A stretch of DNA of 25,865 nucleotides from the NCBI GenBank assembly GCA_030141605.1, contig JAQGDQ010001777.1, forward strand, positions 1-25,865. Reading direction: 5' to 3'. The notes beneath the pieces were generated by a model. It did no database searches. It saw only the letters and a program-made list of their open reading frames with translations, and was not told the DNA's origin. Shown here piece after piece: positions 12,517 to 24,106 of this stretch. Position 1 is the stretch's first letter, and every line of letters starts with the position of its first letter. A program made the translations under genes and the position numbers. This DNA comes from Tubiluchus corallicola (Eukaryota; Animalia; Priapulida).

Positions 12517-12744
12517 AATGAAGTACGTCAGGGGGCTGTGCTTTTACCACTATTGTTTCGTGTGTATGTTGATGAACTGCTTTCAGAACTGTCAATATCT
12601 AATTTCGGGTGTTGTGTAGGAAATATTTATAGTTGCCCTGTTTCTAATGCTGATGGATTTATTGTGCTTGCACCTCGTGCAAAATAATTGCAAGAAATGT
12701 TAAAAGTGGGCGAGACTTGTGCTTCTAAATATAGCATCACATTC
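12517..12744 (+). mobile_element. Decayed non-LTR reverse-transcriptase fragment (RTE-X/L2-CR1-like)
   Basis: Reads NEVRQGAVLLPLLFRVYVDELLSELSISNFGCCVGNIYSCPVSNADGFIVLAPRAK*LQEMLKVGETCASKYSITF: the GVRQG..LSP.LF..Y.D motif, YADD degenerated to NADG, and one in-frame stop. Confidence 0.88.
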
Positions 12745-12761
12745 GCTAATATACAACGTAA

Positions 12762-12817
12762 TACAGGTTTTACACGTCAAATGTAGACACAGGAAAGTTC
12801 AAATGTGACTCAGGTAA
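12762..12817 (-). mobile_element. Single terminal fragment of the 7216/19212 MITE family
   Basis: tacaggttttacacgtcaaatgtagacacaggaaagttcaaatgtgact is the reverse complement of the right end of those MITEs. Confidence 0.8.
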
Positions 12818-12965
12818 TCGCAACTTCGGTACATTTTTTTCTGCGCCACCCACTATATGCAGCACTTTGTTTCAATGATGCTGTAAATATCTGAGGCATC
12901 TCCAGCAATTGCTTAGAATTAAGATCCTAAATAATTAAAAGTGGTAAATTGATTATAAAATATGG

Positions 12966-13150
12966 ATATATTGTAAACAGTTTCAGTATGGTTGTTTTTG
13001 TCTAATTTATCACTAAATATAAAATATGTATTTATATTGTAGACAGTTTCAGTATGGTTGTTTTTGTCTAATTTATCACTAAATATAAAACATGTATATA
13101 TTGTAAACAGTTTCAGTATGGTTGTTTTTGTCTAATATTTCACTAAATCT
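12966..13150. repeat. About 65-bp tandem repeat, 3 copies
   Basis: tatattgtaaacagtttcagtatggttgtttttgtctaat recurs at about 12967, 13034 and 13097. Confidence 0.92.
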
Positions 13151-13549
13151 TATTATAAAAACGTCTAAAGCAAAGGCTAATTTCTTCTTAGCTCTTACTT
13201 GCAAAATCAAATCGTATACTATTTTGTTGTCATGTCACGGATTTATTTATTTATTTATTTGCGTTTTAATAACACAAGGTTTTTAGCACTGATCCATTAC
13301 GACGAAAATAAACAGCAAGAAGTAAGAAATATCTGTCACGCAATAAGCTAATGGAAAAGTGAGGTAAACATGTAGCAAGAATAAAGTAACTTGTGTTGTA
13401 TTATCATTGCTTAGTCTAGACGAGGCAGCAACGATTTACTATGTGCCTTGGTTCCTGTGCATCCGGTCGTTAAAGTGGTTCAAAGTCTGCGCTCTGATTA
13501 GAAATTTTACTGTTAGGATAGGTAAGCGGCCATGTTCATTTTTTTTCAG

Positions 13550-13869
13550 TTTATTGTCGTTGTTGTCGTCGTCGTTGTTGTTGAGTAGTGTTGTTGTTGT
13601 TGCTGCTGATGTTGTTGTTGAGTTGTGTTGCTGTTGTTGCTGCTGATGTTGTTGTCGTTGTTGTTGTTGAGTTGTGTTGCTGCTGCTGTTGTTGTTGTTG
13701 AGTTGTGTTGCTGCTGCTGCTGTTGTTGTTGTTGTTGAGTTGTGTTGCTGCTGCTGCTGCTGCTGTTGTTGTTGTTGTTGTTGTTGTTGAGTTGTGTTGC
13801 TGCTGCTGCTGTTGTTGAGTTGTGTTGCTGCTGCTGTTGTTGTTGTTGTTGAGTTGTGTTTGCTGCTGC

Positions 13870-13925
<56 letters not shown>

Positions 13926-14103
13926 TCGTCATCGTCGTTGTTGTTGTTGATGTTGTGGTTGGTGTTGTTGTTGCTGTAGTTGTTGTTATTGTTGTTGCTG
14001 CTCATGCTGCTGCTGTTGCTGCTGTTGTCGTCGTCTTCATCGTCGCTGCTGCTGCTGTTTTTGTCGTCGTTGTCGTCATCGTCGTCGTTCATGTTGTTGT
14101 TGT
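13550..14103. repeat. Compound (GTT/GCT/GTC)n microsatellite with a recurring gagttgtgttgctg spacer
   Basis: Direct inspection; explains the poly-N/Q/T/V/L ORFs. Confidence 0.97.
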
Positions 14104-15469
14104 CAATGGATAAGAACACAGCCATATAGTACTCCCACATGTAGACGGCCATCTTAAACATGCCGTCTACATGTCAATTGTTTCTCCTAATTGAAAAGAA
14201 CCACTTGCGAGTTCTTTGCTATCGAGAAATTTATACTTCTTGTTCTGACACCACTTTCCATAACGTGTTACGGCTGCAGTAGGACTATAAAAATACTAAA
14301 AATCAGTTGATTCTGCTACTTGGAACTCCCAACCGAGTCATATCAAAGACTTAAAAAATGCTACCTCTGGTCCGACTACGCACGCGAGTTTATCAGAGTA
14401 ACACGCGTGTAGTAGTCTACTGATATAAATGTTTCATGTGGTTCCTTGAAATTTTATTTAGCCTTTTACATGCATTTATACAATATAATATATTAATCAC
14501 CTGTCTAGTCACTGACCAGGCTAAGTGTTGCTATATTTGTTCACTAATTACGCAATGCGTGATAATTCAGGTATTTATTAGCCAAAAAAAGATCGCAAGT
14601 ATTGACAAACAAAAAAATCTTTGCTACCAGTCTAAAAATATGTATTTAGCAGCATTTACACTCAGCCTTTAGCCTACAACAAACTCAGTTACAAACATGA
14701 CATCATTGCAGATTTTGAAACATGTAGCACAGGGTCAGGCTCCAGGATATTCAATAACTAAAAGAATTTAAGAACTTCTTGAAAACGTGCAGCTACTAAA
14801 CCGGGTGAAAAGGAAACCGGATCCACTTGTGAACTAGGCTTACATCTCAAAAGAATCTGATGTGTAAAATATTGAAAGTGAAAGTAATTTTCTTTTCAAG
14901 ACTGACTCATATTCGAGGCTGGCAGTACAGTACGAAAAGAATACTGTACTTCGTACCTCTAGAAAATACCGTACCGTAATACAAAATCGCTTCGTACCGT
15001 TTTAGTACGATAAAACATCGTACCGTAATTCCGCACGAAATTCCGTAACATGTGTTGATAGCTTCTACTATAAAAAGATAAAGAGTGGCATAAAAGTTAT
15101 TTGTTGAAATGTTAAGTTTATCAATTATTGTTATGAATTTATGCATACAATAAAAACAGAACTGCTGTGTGAACTTTTACTCTATTTACTTTAGTTTACA
15201 AAAGTTACACGAAATTATACACAAGATGTAAATTTATTTTGAGTTACTTTTTCTTAATAAATTATTTTGTGGCAGACACGACGAGCTGGGGTCATTAACT
15301 AGATTTTAGTGATTGTCTTAAATTACGTGCTCAATAGTGACAAATTTTAATGATGATTCAAATGTAGTGTCTTGTCTAAAACATTTGTAACTACCCGCGC
15401 ACGCTACGCAGGCTAACGTGTTAGCTCGGTACGTATCGAATTTCTTCCGTTGGTAAAGTAAATCTTTAA

Positions 15470-16155
15470 AGGACAAGAAAAGGGGCACCTGAAGTATGTT
15501 TCAGAAAAATCGCCTGAAAATTATATTACTTTATAGCAATTTTATGCGTATATCCTACTCGCGTTGAAAGAAATTTTTGTTTGTCTACATTTCAAATTTC
15601 CCGCAATACTGTTCCCACCGCGCCATTACATGACGTCATATACGCACAACAAAAATCAGGGGAAGAAAAGGTAATGTTAAATTATGTCCCGAAAAACTTT
15701 CCATGCAAATCTGTATTACTTAGCTTTTCGCTTACCTGCTGGAAAGACTTATGTAACTAGAAAAGAATTTTTTTTATTATTTAAAATGTTTTCACCAATT
15801 GGTAAAATGTCGCTGACACACCCTCCAGGGTGCACCCCTCACTAAAGAAAAACGTATTTTTAATCTTATTGACAAGATACGGTAATTTAAAATTTTACTT
15901 AGTTAGCGACGTGTGTACTACGAATGCTCTGATTATTTTTTCAAAGTTTACACAATGTTATCTGAACATGTTTCAAATGACCTGTTCTCAAAATGTCTGC
16001 GTCTAGCAGTCATCGCAGGAGTTTAAATTTACATGTTTTATACAGCGTTACTGCCGATTGAAGTCCTGCATGCAAAAAGTACGTAAGTGATAAAATTTCA
16101 AGATAATTTCAAATTTTAAGCTTTATTTTTATGAAGGGTTTGGTTTTCTTGTGCC
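15470..16155. mobile_element. Non-autonomous TTAA-flanked DNA transposon (Kolobok-like)
   Basis: TTAA at 15466-15469 and 16156-16159; imperfect TIRs AGGACAAGAAAA / GGCACAAGAAAA beginning with purines; related fragments at 5630 and 9438. Confidence 0.65.
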
Positions 16156-16916
16156 TTAACGCAGATGTTGCACTCGAGGTATGCAGATTTTTTGAAACGA
16201 GAACGAATGAAGGTAAAAACGGCACAAGTAAAAATGGCACAGGAAAAAGGCGCAATTTTTTAGCGTGTCATTTTTACAGTGCACGGCAGTATATGCCTTA
16301 CAATTCTCAGAAATAGCAGTTAGAGCAACTGGTTACATGAATAGGTGTCAAACACATTAAGCAAAGTACCCAGTTTGTATACGTACAGCAGTAAACATAA
16401 AGTGATTTACGGGAAATGACAACTGGCGCTTCTAAACAGAATACAGAATAATTTATTTGTCTCAATAACATAATCAGCATGGCATTAACAAATGATGTGA
16501 CAGCTAAGAGAGACAGGATGGCGAAAAGACCGAGAAATCATCAAGTCTACCACCCTTCTACTAAGTTGATAACAATGCTCTACTTAGATTAGTACTGTGA
16601 ACTATGTAAATTAAACGTTAAAAATTTAAATGTTATTATATTTTATCTAAAGCATTAATCTTGTATAGCAGCAGTTGTTAGTTAGTAGCACATACATATG
16701 TGATACTTGCATAGCTGGATTAATCAGTAATATGTGAAAACAATTTTAAGTTACAAATTAAAATTAATCAATACTTTGTCATATATCATAACTGTTAACT
16801 AATACTGACCACATGCAACCATAAGCATAGCGAGGACATGCATCACTTACCCACTTACCACAGGTTTGACTGTAAGTGTTTCACTAAATTCACATCTGCA
16901 AACTGAATAACCATCC

Positions 16917-17470
16917 ATGAATAACCAAGAATATTTTACTCTGCTTTTTATATTTAAATACATTAACAACATCAGCAAACCAATCCAGAATAACAGATTT
17001 ACCTTTTTTCCAAATCCCATCGTTAATTCCAGAACAAGCAATCTAAAACAAATTAGGACAAATACCCACTATGGAACGAACTCTGTAATCAAACAAGCAA
17101 TTCTACTTTGGAATTCTCTACCATTACAGGTTAAACAAATCAAGTCGCTATCAGCATTTAAAACAAAATTAAAATCACTAATGTTAAACAGATATGAAAT
17201 ACCATCACACCAGTACGACAACATACACACTAATTCAGAATTCATATATCCACGGCCATATTAATTAAATCATAGTTTTTTTCATTTTTTTGTGCATAGT
17301 TGTAAATATGTTTGATTTTATTCGTCGTTACTTTCCATTACTGCACAGTAGTTTAGATTGCACTGACGCATTTGCCTTTAGCAGTGTAAGTTTTTATTAA
17401 CTAACACTGATTGATCATCTCTGTAAAGTTTTCATCAGTGATTATCAATGTATTTTAATGCCAAATAAAG

Positions 17471-17505
<35 letters not shown>
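16917..17505 (+). mobile_element. 5'-truncated LINE (L2/CR1-group) ORF2 C-terminus with 3' UTR and (TA)n tail
   Basis: YGTNSV...ILLWNSLPLQVKQIKSLSAFKTKLK is the typical LWNSLP....SL..FK..LK ending; AATAAA at about 17464, then (TA)n at 17473-17505. Confidence 0.85.
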
Positions 17506-17509
<4 letters not shown>

Positions 17510-19211
17510 AACGTAATTCCGTAAGGACATGTTCAGTATATCTTAAATCTTAAGCATCCGGAAATATTAACAAACTCCATTATCAGGATGTAAAATGATT
17601 AATGAGCATAGACGCTAAAATCAAAGTATGGCTTAAGATGATTATTAATAAATATAACGAGAATTAATTTTAAAAAGAATTAATCTTCATTAATATTTGG
17701 AGATTATTTCAGTTCGATATTTTTTACTGCTACTTCTACAGATGGAGAAGATTCAAGGCTGTTGCACAACTTGACACTCAAAAATTGCAAGGAATTTAAA
17801 CCTTAAGATGTGAAAAATCGTTGCTGGAAATAGTGCCGCCTTTTGCATCTAAAGTGAACCAATCTAAGCCCCTCCGGGGAAGCCTTTCAGCCGTGCGTGT
17901 GCAACAAGCGAGTCGCCGGCATGTTTGGACGTATTATAAATGATCTGCTGTGCCCTGATCCCTGTGTTCAGTACTAAATAAACGTGACCTTGTCCAATAA
18001 TCACGTTATTAAGATTCTGCTTAGTATTCTTCATTTACCTGCGGTTATTATTATTATTTATTTATTGTTACTAGTTTCTTTAATAACTCGCACACACACA
18101 CGGCTAGTTATTATTTCTTGCCATCCTATCTGCAGTTTAAAAACACAATTTATTGAGTCAGCAAATTCCATTATACGATTTTATTGTAGAATATTTAGGA
18201 GATGATATGATTTATTGATGTACCTAGCAACAGCTAGTTTTTTGACTGATTCTTTTTAATTTTAAATTCTGTATATATTTTTGTTACATCTTTGTATATA
18301 TTTGTAGTTCTTTTAATAATGCATGACATGTAGTGTTTCTTTGCTTTTAGTGTATTTGTTAACTTTTTTATGTGGTGAAATCATCTTTAAATAAAATTAA
18401 ATGAAAATAAATATAAGAAAATCCTCACCACGAAAGTTTAATTTCACGTTCTTTCGGATTTTTTCACTAAAATTTTCAAATAAAAAAGTATTAAAATATT
18501 CAATTAAAGGTGACATTACACTCTCATTATTTCTATTGTGTATTAAAGGAAAAGTACAATCTATTGTGAAGATGCGGTTATTTTAGCACTCGCAAAAAAA
18601 TTTAAAAAAGATTTCTGCTTGTTGTTGTAAAATAAATATGTTGTAAAAGCACCTTAGCTCATTAGTAAAATCACTGTAGGTCGTGCTAATTTTGAACGAA
18701 TCATGACGTCATTTGTTATCGTGAAGCTCACGATTTCTTTATCTTATTTTTTTTAGTTCTTAATTATGATCATTAGGCCTATTATTACATTGTCTTGTTA
18801 GAACATTAAAAATCCCACACAAGAAATTTCAGCTGTAAAATAAGTTTATTTCCTTATATACAGTCTAAACTTTCATCCTTGAACTAGTATGCATAACATT
18901 TACCTTCATTGAATTGCTGGCTTCCTTGCTTCATGGAAAAAAAACTTACCTGGTCAGTTGGCTGTCAGAGATCACGGAGTAAGCATGTGACTTAAACTGA
19001 GAGGGCAATGTATAGTGTTGTTAATGATTTATATAAATAAAGCTCACCTGTATTCTACTTGAATTCTACCTGTATTCTAATGTCTTAGCAATTACCTTCA
19101 GAATTTCTTCATATTTGTCAACTGAAGAAAAGCAGTGCTCTAGCAACGAAATCGCAAGTTTTTGTACAACATACTAGATAACTAGATTTGTGATTATCTC
19201 TGAGTAAAGAT

Positions 19212-19654
19212 TATAGGTTTTACACGTCAAATGTAGACCTACGTTAAGTCAAATGTAGATTTAGGTAATTCAAATGTGTCTTGGTAACTCAAATGTAGAC
19301 TTAGGTAGTTCAAATGTGTTAACAATGGTTTTCAACAAATCTTGAGCGCTTTTGGTAAGTCAAATGTAGACACATGTCAAGTCAAATGTGACATTGGTAT
19401 CTCAAATGTGGATAGGTGATAAAGTTTAAGGATGTTAAATTTAATCTTCTTTAATTTCAATTTAATAATTGCTCCTAAGTTAAAATAACAACGTTATAGG
19501 CCTACTAATAGATGCACTATCTTTGGTTTATCTTTTTCTAATTTGCACTTAAATAACTTAGTTACCGATTTGTTCAAAGTAATGCATCTACATTTGACTT
19601 ACCTAAGTCACATTTGAACTTTTCTGTGTCTACATTTGATGTGTAAAGCCTATA
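19212..19654. mobile_element. MITE, second full copy of the 7216-7584 family
   Basis: tataggttttacacgtcaaatgtagac ... gtctacatttgatgtgtaaagcctata; shares internal gttaacaatggttt.caacaaatcttgagcg; has fewer left subrepeats and an extra AT-rich core. Confidence 0.9.
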
Positions 19655-20341
19655 AAACAAACTGCAAAAGTTTAAATTAGATTCAAGGAAAACAAGATGA
19701 TTTATCACTTTGAAGTACGGTAAAAAATTAAAAAGTTCAATAATGCCAAAGTGTTTCTGATAATTAAATGGTGGGCCAAAAACTTAATTAACAGCCGGCG
19801 AGCTCAGTTAGTGATGACATCACAAATGAACATAATTTTCAACAGTACGATCATTTTATGAGCACGTTGCACGTGTTTGGGAAAGCGCACAAAATTTTTA
19901 AATTAAAATGTAATACATAAAAACTCAAAGTTTCAAATTCAAATTTCAAGTTTAGCGCTGTGCTCACGTGTGAGCACTTGAACATGTGCACCAAATTACA
20001 CCCAAAACTTCTGAACTGGAAAGTACAGCGCCTGTTTGTTCTGCGACGCGTTTCCAAGATGCAGGCGCTAGCATCCATCTAACTAACAAAAGGCGAAGTG
20101 CATGTAACAGCAAAGAACTATTCGCACGAATGCGAAATTAAGTTTGTGTGGTAATAATTCTTTAACGCAAATTATTCTTCAAAATCTATGTTATCTGTTA
20201 GATTATTTTGGGGTATTTTACATTTATTTAAGATTATAATAATAGTAAAGAGAACCTGTTAAATTATGCTAAGAGCAGTAGGTTATGATAAATAATTATG
20301 TTGATAGATGCTGGTTTGATGAAGCCAGTTAAGGAGTGGTG

Positions 20342-20400
20342 TCACGTGATTACGTGATCCAAGAATTGAGGCATCGGGCACCGCGCAGGATATATAAGGC
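20342..20400 (+). promoter_or_regulatory. Candidate Pol II core promoter of the neuropeptide gene
   Basis: TATATAAG at 20391-20398 in a GC-rich context (ccgcgcagga...ggcgcgcgaggcc), with TCACGTGA (E-box core 20343-20348) and a second TACGTGA directly after; about 730 bp upstream of the ATG. First-exon donor not identified. Confidence 0.5.
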
Positions 20401-21127
20401 GCGCGAGGCCTCCAGCTCAAGAAATTACTCTCAGATTAAGTCTGGGAGCCGGAGCTTAGAGACCGTCAGATCAGGGGCTTTTGGCTTATTGTGTTGATAT
20501 TGCAGTGGTTCCTTTGCGCCGATCCGTCTCCTCAGAATGTATAGAGTGGCAGACAAGTTATGAAATACTTTACAGAAGACGAGAAAAGTGAAACGAATAC
20601 GAATGTAAAATAAACTTTAATGCACAACCAGTAGCTCCATGACATGTGAACAGACTTTTGTATAAAAACCAGCAAACCTACAGCATTCACCCTTACAGAC
20701 AGAAAGGCCAGGTTGGAATCGTCAAATCGCGGCAGGCATTCTGTTTTATACAGATACATTTGCATTACTGGGTTTCTCAACCATACCCATTACTAACAAT
20801 AGGGGGTTGGTCATAATCTGCTTTCGTAACAATATTTAATAAACGTGTCATTTTATAATCAGACTCTTCATAGCTTTGCCATTCCTCAAGCATCAATAAA
20901 CAGCTACACACAACCAATACAACGTACTATCCACTAAACAACCAAATTAATTTTACTATAATAAAGGTCTTTTATTTCCCATTTATGTCTGTGGTCACAA
21001 ACGTACATTAGCTCTCACTACGCGAAACGACATTTTATTGCCTTTACTTGTTCTAACATCACTAATTATCCACTATTTTTAGGACTACTTTACACACAGA
21101 AACTTCGAATTCCGGTTTTACGTTAGA

Positions 21128-21326
21128 ATGCATCAACTAGGGTTGGTAATTGTTACTAGTCTCGTTTTGACGTCACTGTCCTACGTCATACAGGCTACTT
21201 ACAGCAACGTCACCGTCCTGACTGTCAACTTGGCGAACATCAAGCATCGTCGTCGTCGAATTATGTCTATCAGTAGACGAATGAACGAATTTCCGCGATT
21301 CGGAAGATCCGGACTTTCCGACGATG
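21128..21326 (+). CDS. RFamide-type neuropeptide precursor, coding exon 1 (signal peptide and RR-MNEFPRF-GR)
   Basis: Acceptor tttttag| at 21082. Hydrophobic N-terminus MHQLGLVIVTSLVLTSLSYVIQA, then KHRRRR and RR convertase-type sites, and the RF-G-R amidation signal (21281-21307). Phase-1 donor GAT G|gtaaaa; an alternative donor gtaagt at 21351 would leave the 73-aa form ending at 21349. Confidence 0.8.
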
Positions 21327-21483
21327 GTAAAATTTTGCGTTACTATTGAAGTAAGTGATGAATGAATGGGTGATAGGAGCAATGGTAGGACTGGATAGAT
21401 AATATTTGGAACAAACAAAGGAATGTGTGGATAAATAAACAAAATTTAATCATAAGCGAATAAATGATGCACTAATGGTGGTC

Positions 21484-22157
21484 GACTGACTGACTGACTA
21501 ACTAACTGACTGGCTGGCTAAGTAGTTCACTGAATTGAATTGAATTGATTACTGTTTACTCTGATCCTTCTCAGCTGTGACTGATTTTTTTAGATTTTAA
21601 TTTTTTATTTCAAACTTCACAAAGTTCATAAACACATCACAAATTAATACAAACAATACAATAAATCGTGACACGCAACAATAACACAAATAACAATTAA
21701 CGATATAACAAACTACGCCAATGACGTCTAATTACAGAAGTAAAGTTTGCATCACTGTTTAAAATGTTCTTGCATATAAAATTTTCACTCTTATTCAGCC
21801 TGACGTATAAACTGTATGCACATTTTCTGTGAATCACATCAAAATAAATAATATTAAGTCTAGTAGAAATATATCTGGCGCTCGTATCATATGAAAAGTT
21901 AAACAGCTTCCGTGTTGATACATCATATGCAACTTTGAGTTTGCTAAGATTGTAAGAATAAAAATGTCTCCAAGTGGACATACAATAAAAAGTAGTGCAG
22001 TAAGCATTAAACAATTGTCTCTTTACGTTAACTGAACAGTGAGTAACTGACTAACTAAGAGATTGACTGACTGTCTAGCTGGCTTGTTAACTGACTAACT
22101 CACTTACTAACTAACTGACTGGCTGGCTGGTTGACTGACTGACTGAATGAATGACTA
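21484..22157. repeat. (GACT/AACT/GGCT)n tetranucleotide microsatellite in two blocks (21484-21520, about 22045-22157) either side of a LINE remnant
   Basis: Direct inspection. Confidence 0.7.
21600..22030 (-). mobile_element. 3' end of a non-LTR retrotransposon ORF2 (RTE-X-like), antisense within the neuropeptide intron
   Basis: LFNAYCTTFY...W......KLKVAY...RKLF...SA.....I..F....RK..Y....RL..SEN.I...ILNSD...W..LLY resembles the C-terminus of invertebrate RTE-X-type ORF2; AATAAAAAA tail on the minus strand at about 21600. Confidence 0.75.
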
Positions 22158-22438
22158 AGCAATGAAACAATGAGTGAAATAGACGACTGAAAGAAAAGGG
22201 AAAGCAAGGTGGAAAGGAGCAAATAAATTCACGAGCAAGTGAGAAGATTAAAGGAATCGAAAGTCAACATACATTTGATTGGATGAACTTTCAAAACTGA
22301 ACGAACGATGGTAAACGAGCAAATAAAAAATAAAATATACAATCGTACGAACTTCACAGAATTGTAACCTGATACAGAAAAGTGATAAATTGCCAAAAGG
22401 TTTTGGCTTCTTAAAACACAATTTTTTTTATCATTTAG

Positions 22439-22551
22439 ATGAATTTCCGTATGAGCTGGATTTTGAGGATCATCATGATTTTAATGATGGAAGCCATGAG
22501 AGTTTATGGTATAGAATCCTTGATGCGATTTACTCACCTTTATTTCCGTGA
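22439..22551 (+). CDS. RFamide-type neuropeptide precursor, putative coding exon 2 (acidic C-terminal peptide)
   Basis: Strong acceptor ttttttttatcatttag|AT; the phase-1 join gives (D)EFPYELDFEDHHDFNDGSHESLWYRILDAIYSPLFP* and a 103-aa total. Donor-like sites at 22548 (gtgagt) and 22558 (gtaacc) leave the 3' end uncertain. Confidence 0.65.
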
Positions 22552-22583
22552 GTTCAGGTAACCTGAATTAGTTTGCTTGCGAG

Positions 22584-22985
<402 letters not shown>

Positions 22986-23399
22986 ATTCTCATCTGACTT
23001 ACCTTTAGCCTAGCGGTTATACCCAAAAGTTCATGATAGTTGAGGGCACTGCTCCGCAAAAAACCTTGCACTGTCACTAAACTTTTATTCTGATCCTTCT
23101 TAACGCTATTGTTGGAGAAAATAAATCCTAACCACATGAGAGAAACTTTCCATGTTCACAGAATTATAATGCGATCTTCGTTTACAACGCTGAACATTAT
23201 AAGCAGACATATATCGGGTGGCGCAGAAAAAATGTACCGAAATTTAATCTACAGTATAATAATATTAGAAATCAGTAAACTGCAAAGTTGAAATTTCGCA
23301 GTCTGGTATTACAATAAATTGACAATGATGTTACAATGCCTGAATAATGTCAGCTAATCATCAACATTCTGTGACGTATAAAGCTGTCAAATTCATGGA

Positions 23400-23969
23400 A
23401 TCGCGTCAGAATCGGATTTTCTCAGCTAAACTATGACCATTTCTCTAAAGGCTGTAAAGATAATAACGGTCATGCAATATTGCCGAATTGTAACTGTGGA
23501 TTTCGATTTGAGTCTGTTGAACACTTTTTGTTGCACTGCCCATTGTATCAACAAACTAGGGTTGTTATGTTTGATAAATTAAATGAAATACTTCTGCCCG
23601 AAAACCTTAATATAGCTGTCTTAGGAAATAATGATCTGTTGAAGTTGTTATTATTCGGAAAAGATGAATTTAACTATGTTGCCAACTGTAAAATATTCCA
23701 ATGTATACATGACTTTATATTACGTAGTAAGCGCTTCCAGTAGTTTCTATCTGATATGAAATGCATCAGTCTTAAATAATCGTACATTAATATTTTCTAA
23801 CCGTCATTTTCTACTAATGTCTAATGTAAAACTTGTCAGCTTGTGTAGTTATAATCTATTCTTACTGTAAATGTTCTTGTAAATAGTGTATAAAGTCTGT
23901 TGTGGTGAGGATCCTAAATCATGTTGTTCAAACTGTCTGATCCAATCCTAAATAAATTATGTATAAACT
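23400..23969 (+). mobile_element. 5'-truncated CR1/L2-group LINE with 11-bp target-site duplication
   Basis: Frame from 23402 reads RVRIGFSQLNYDHF...CNCGFRFESVEHFLLHCPLY...LLFG...IF..IHDFILRSKRF* (stop 23743). AATAAA at 23951; AAATTCATGGA at both 23389-23399 and 23970-23980. Confidence 0.9.
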
Positions 23970-24106
23970 AAATTCATGGAGCAAAACAATAAAGAAACCA
24001 ATCAGTTTACGCCATGATCATGAGCGCTATGACAAATAAAGCACCTTAAGGATTTGTTCCAAAATGGACTCAATTATCCAGATTACGGAATCACGAATTC
24101 CCTTAA

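Noticed and set aside
13407-14161. Poly-N/Q/T/V/L ORFs, including the 240-aa one
   Set aside because: Open in several frames on both strands only because of the triplet microsatellite.
17984-18410. Further LINE 3' remnant
   Set aside because: AT-rich tail and weak FIESANSII resemblance only; too little to call.
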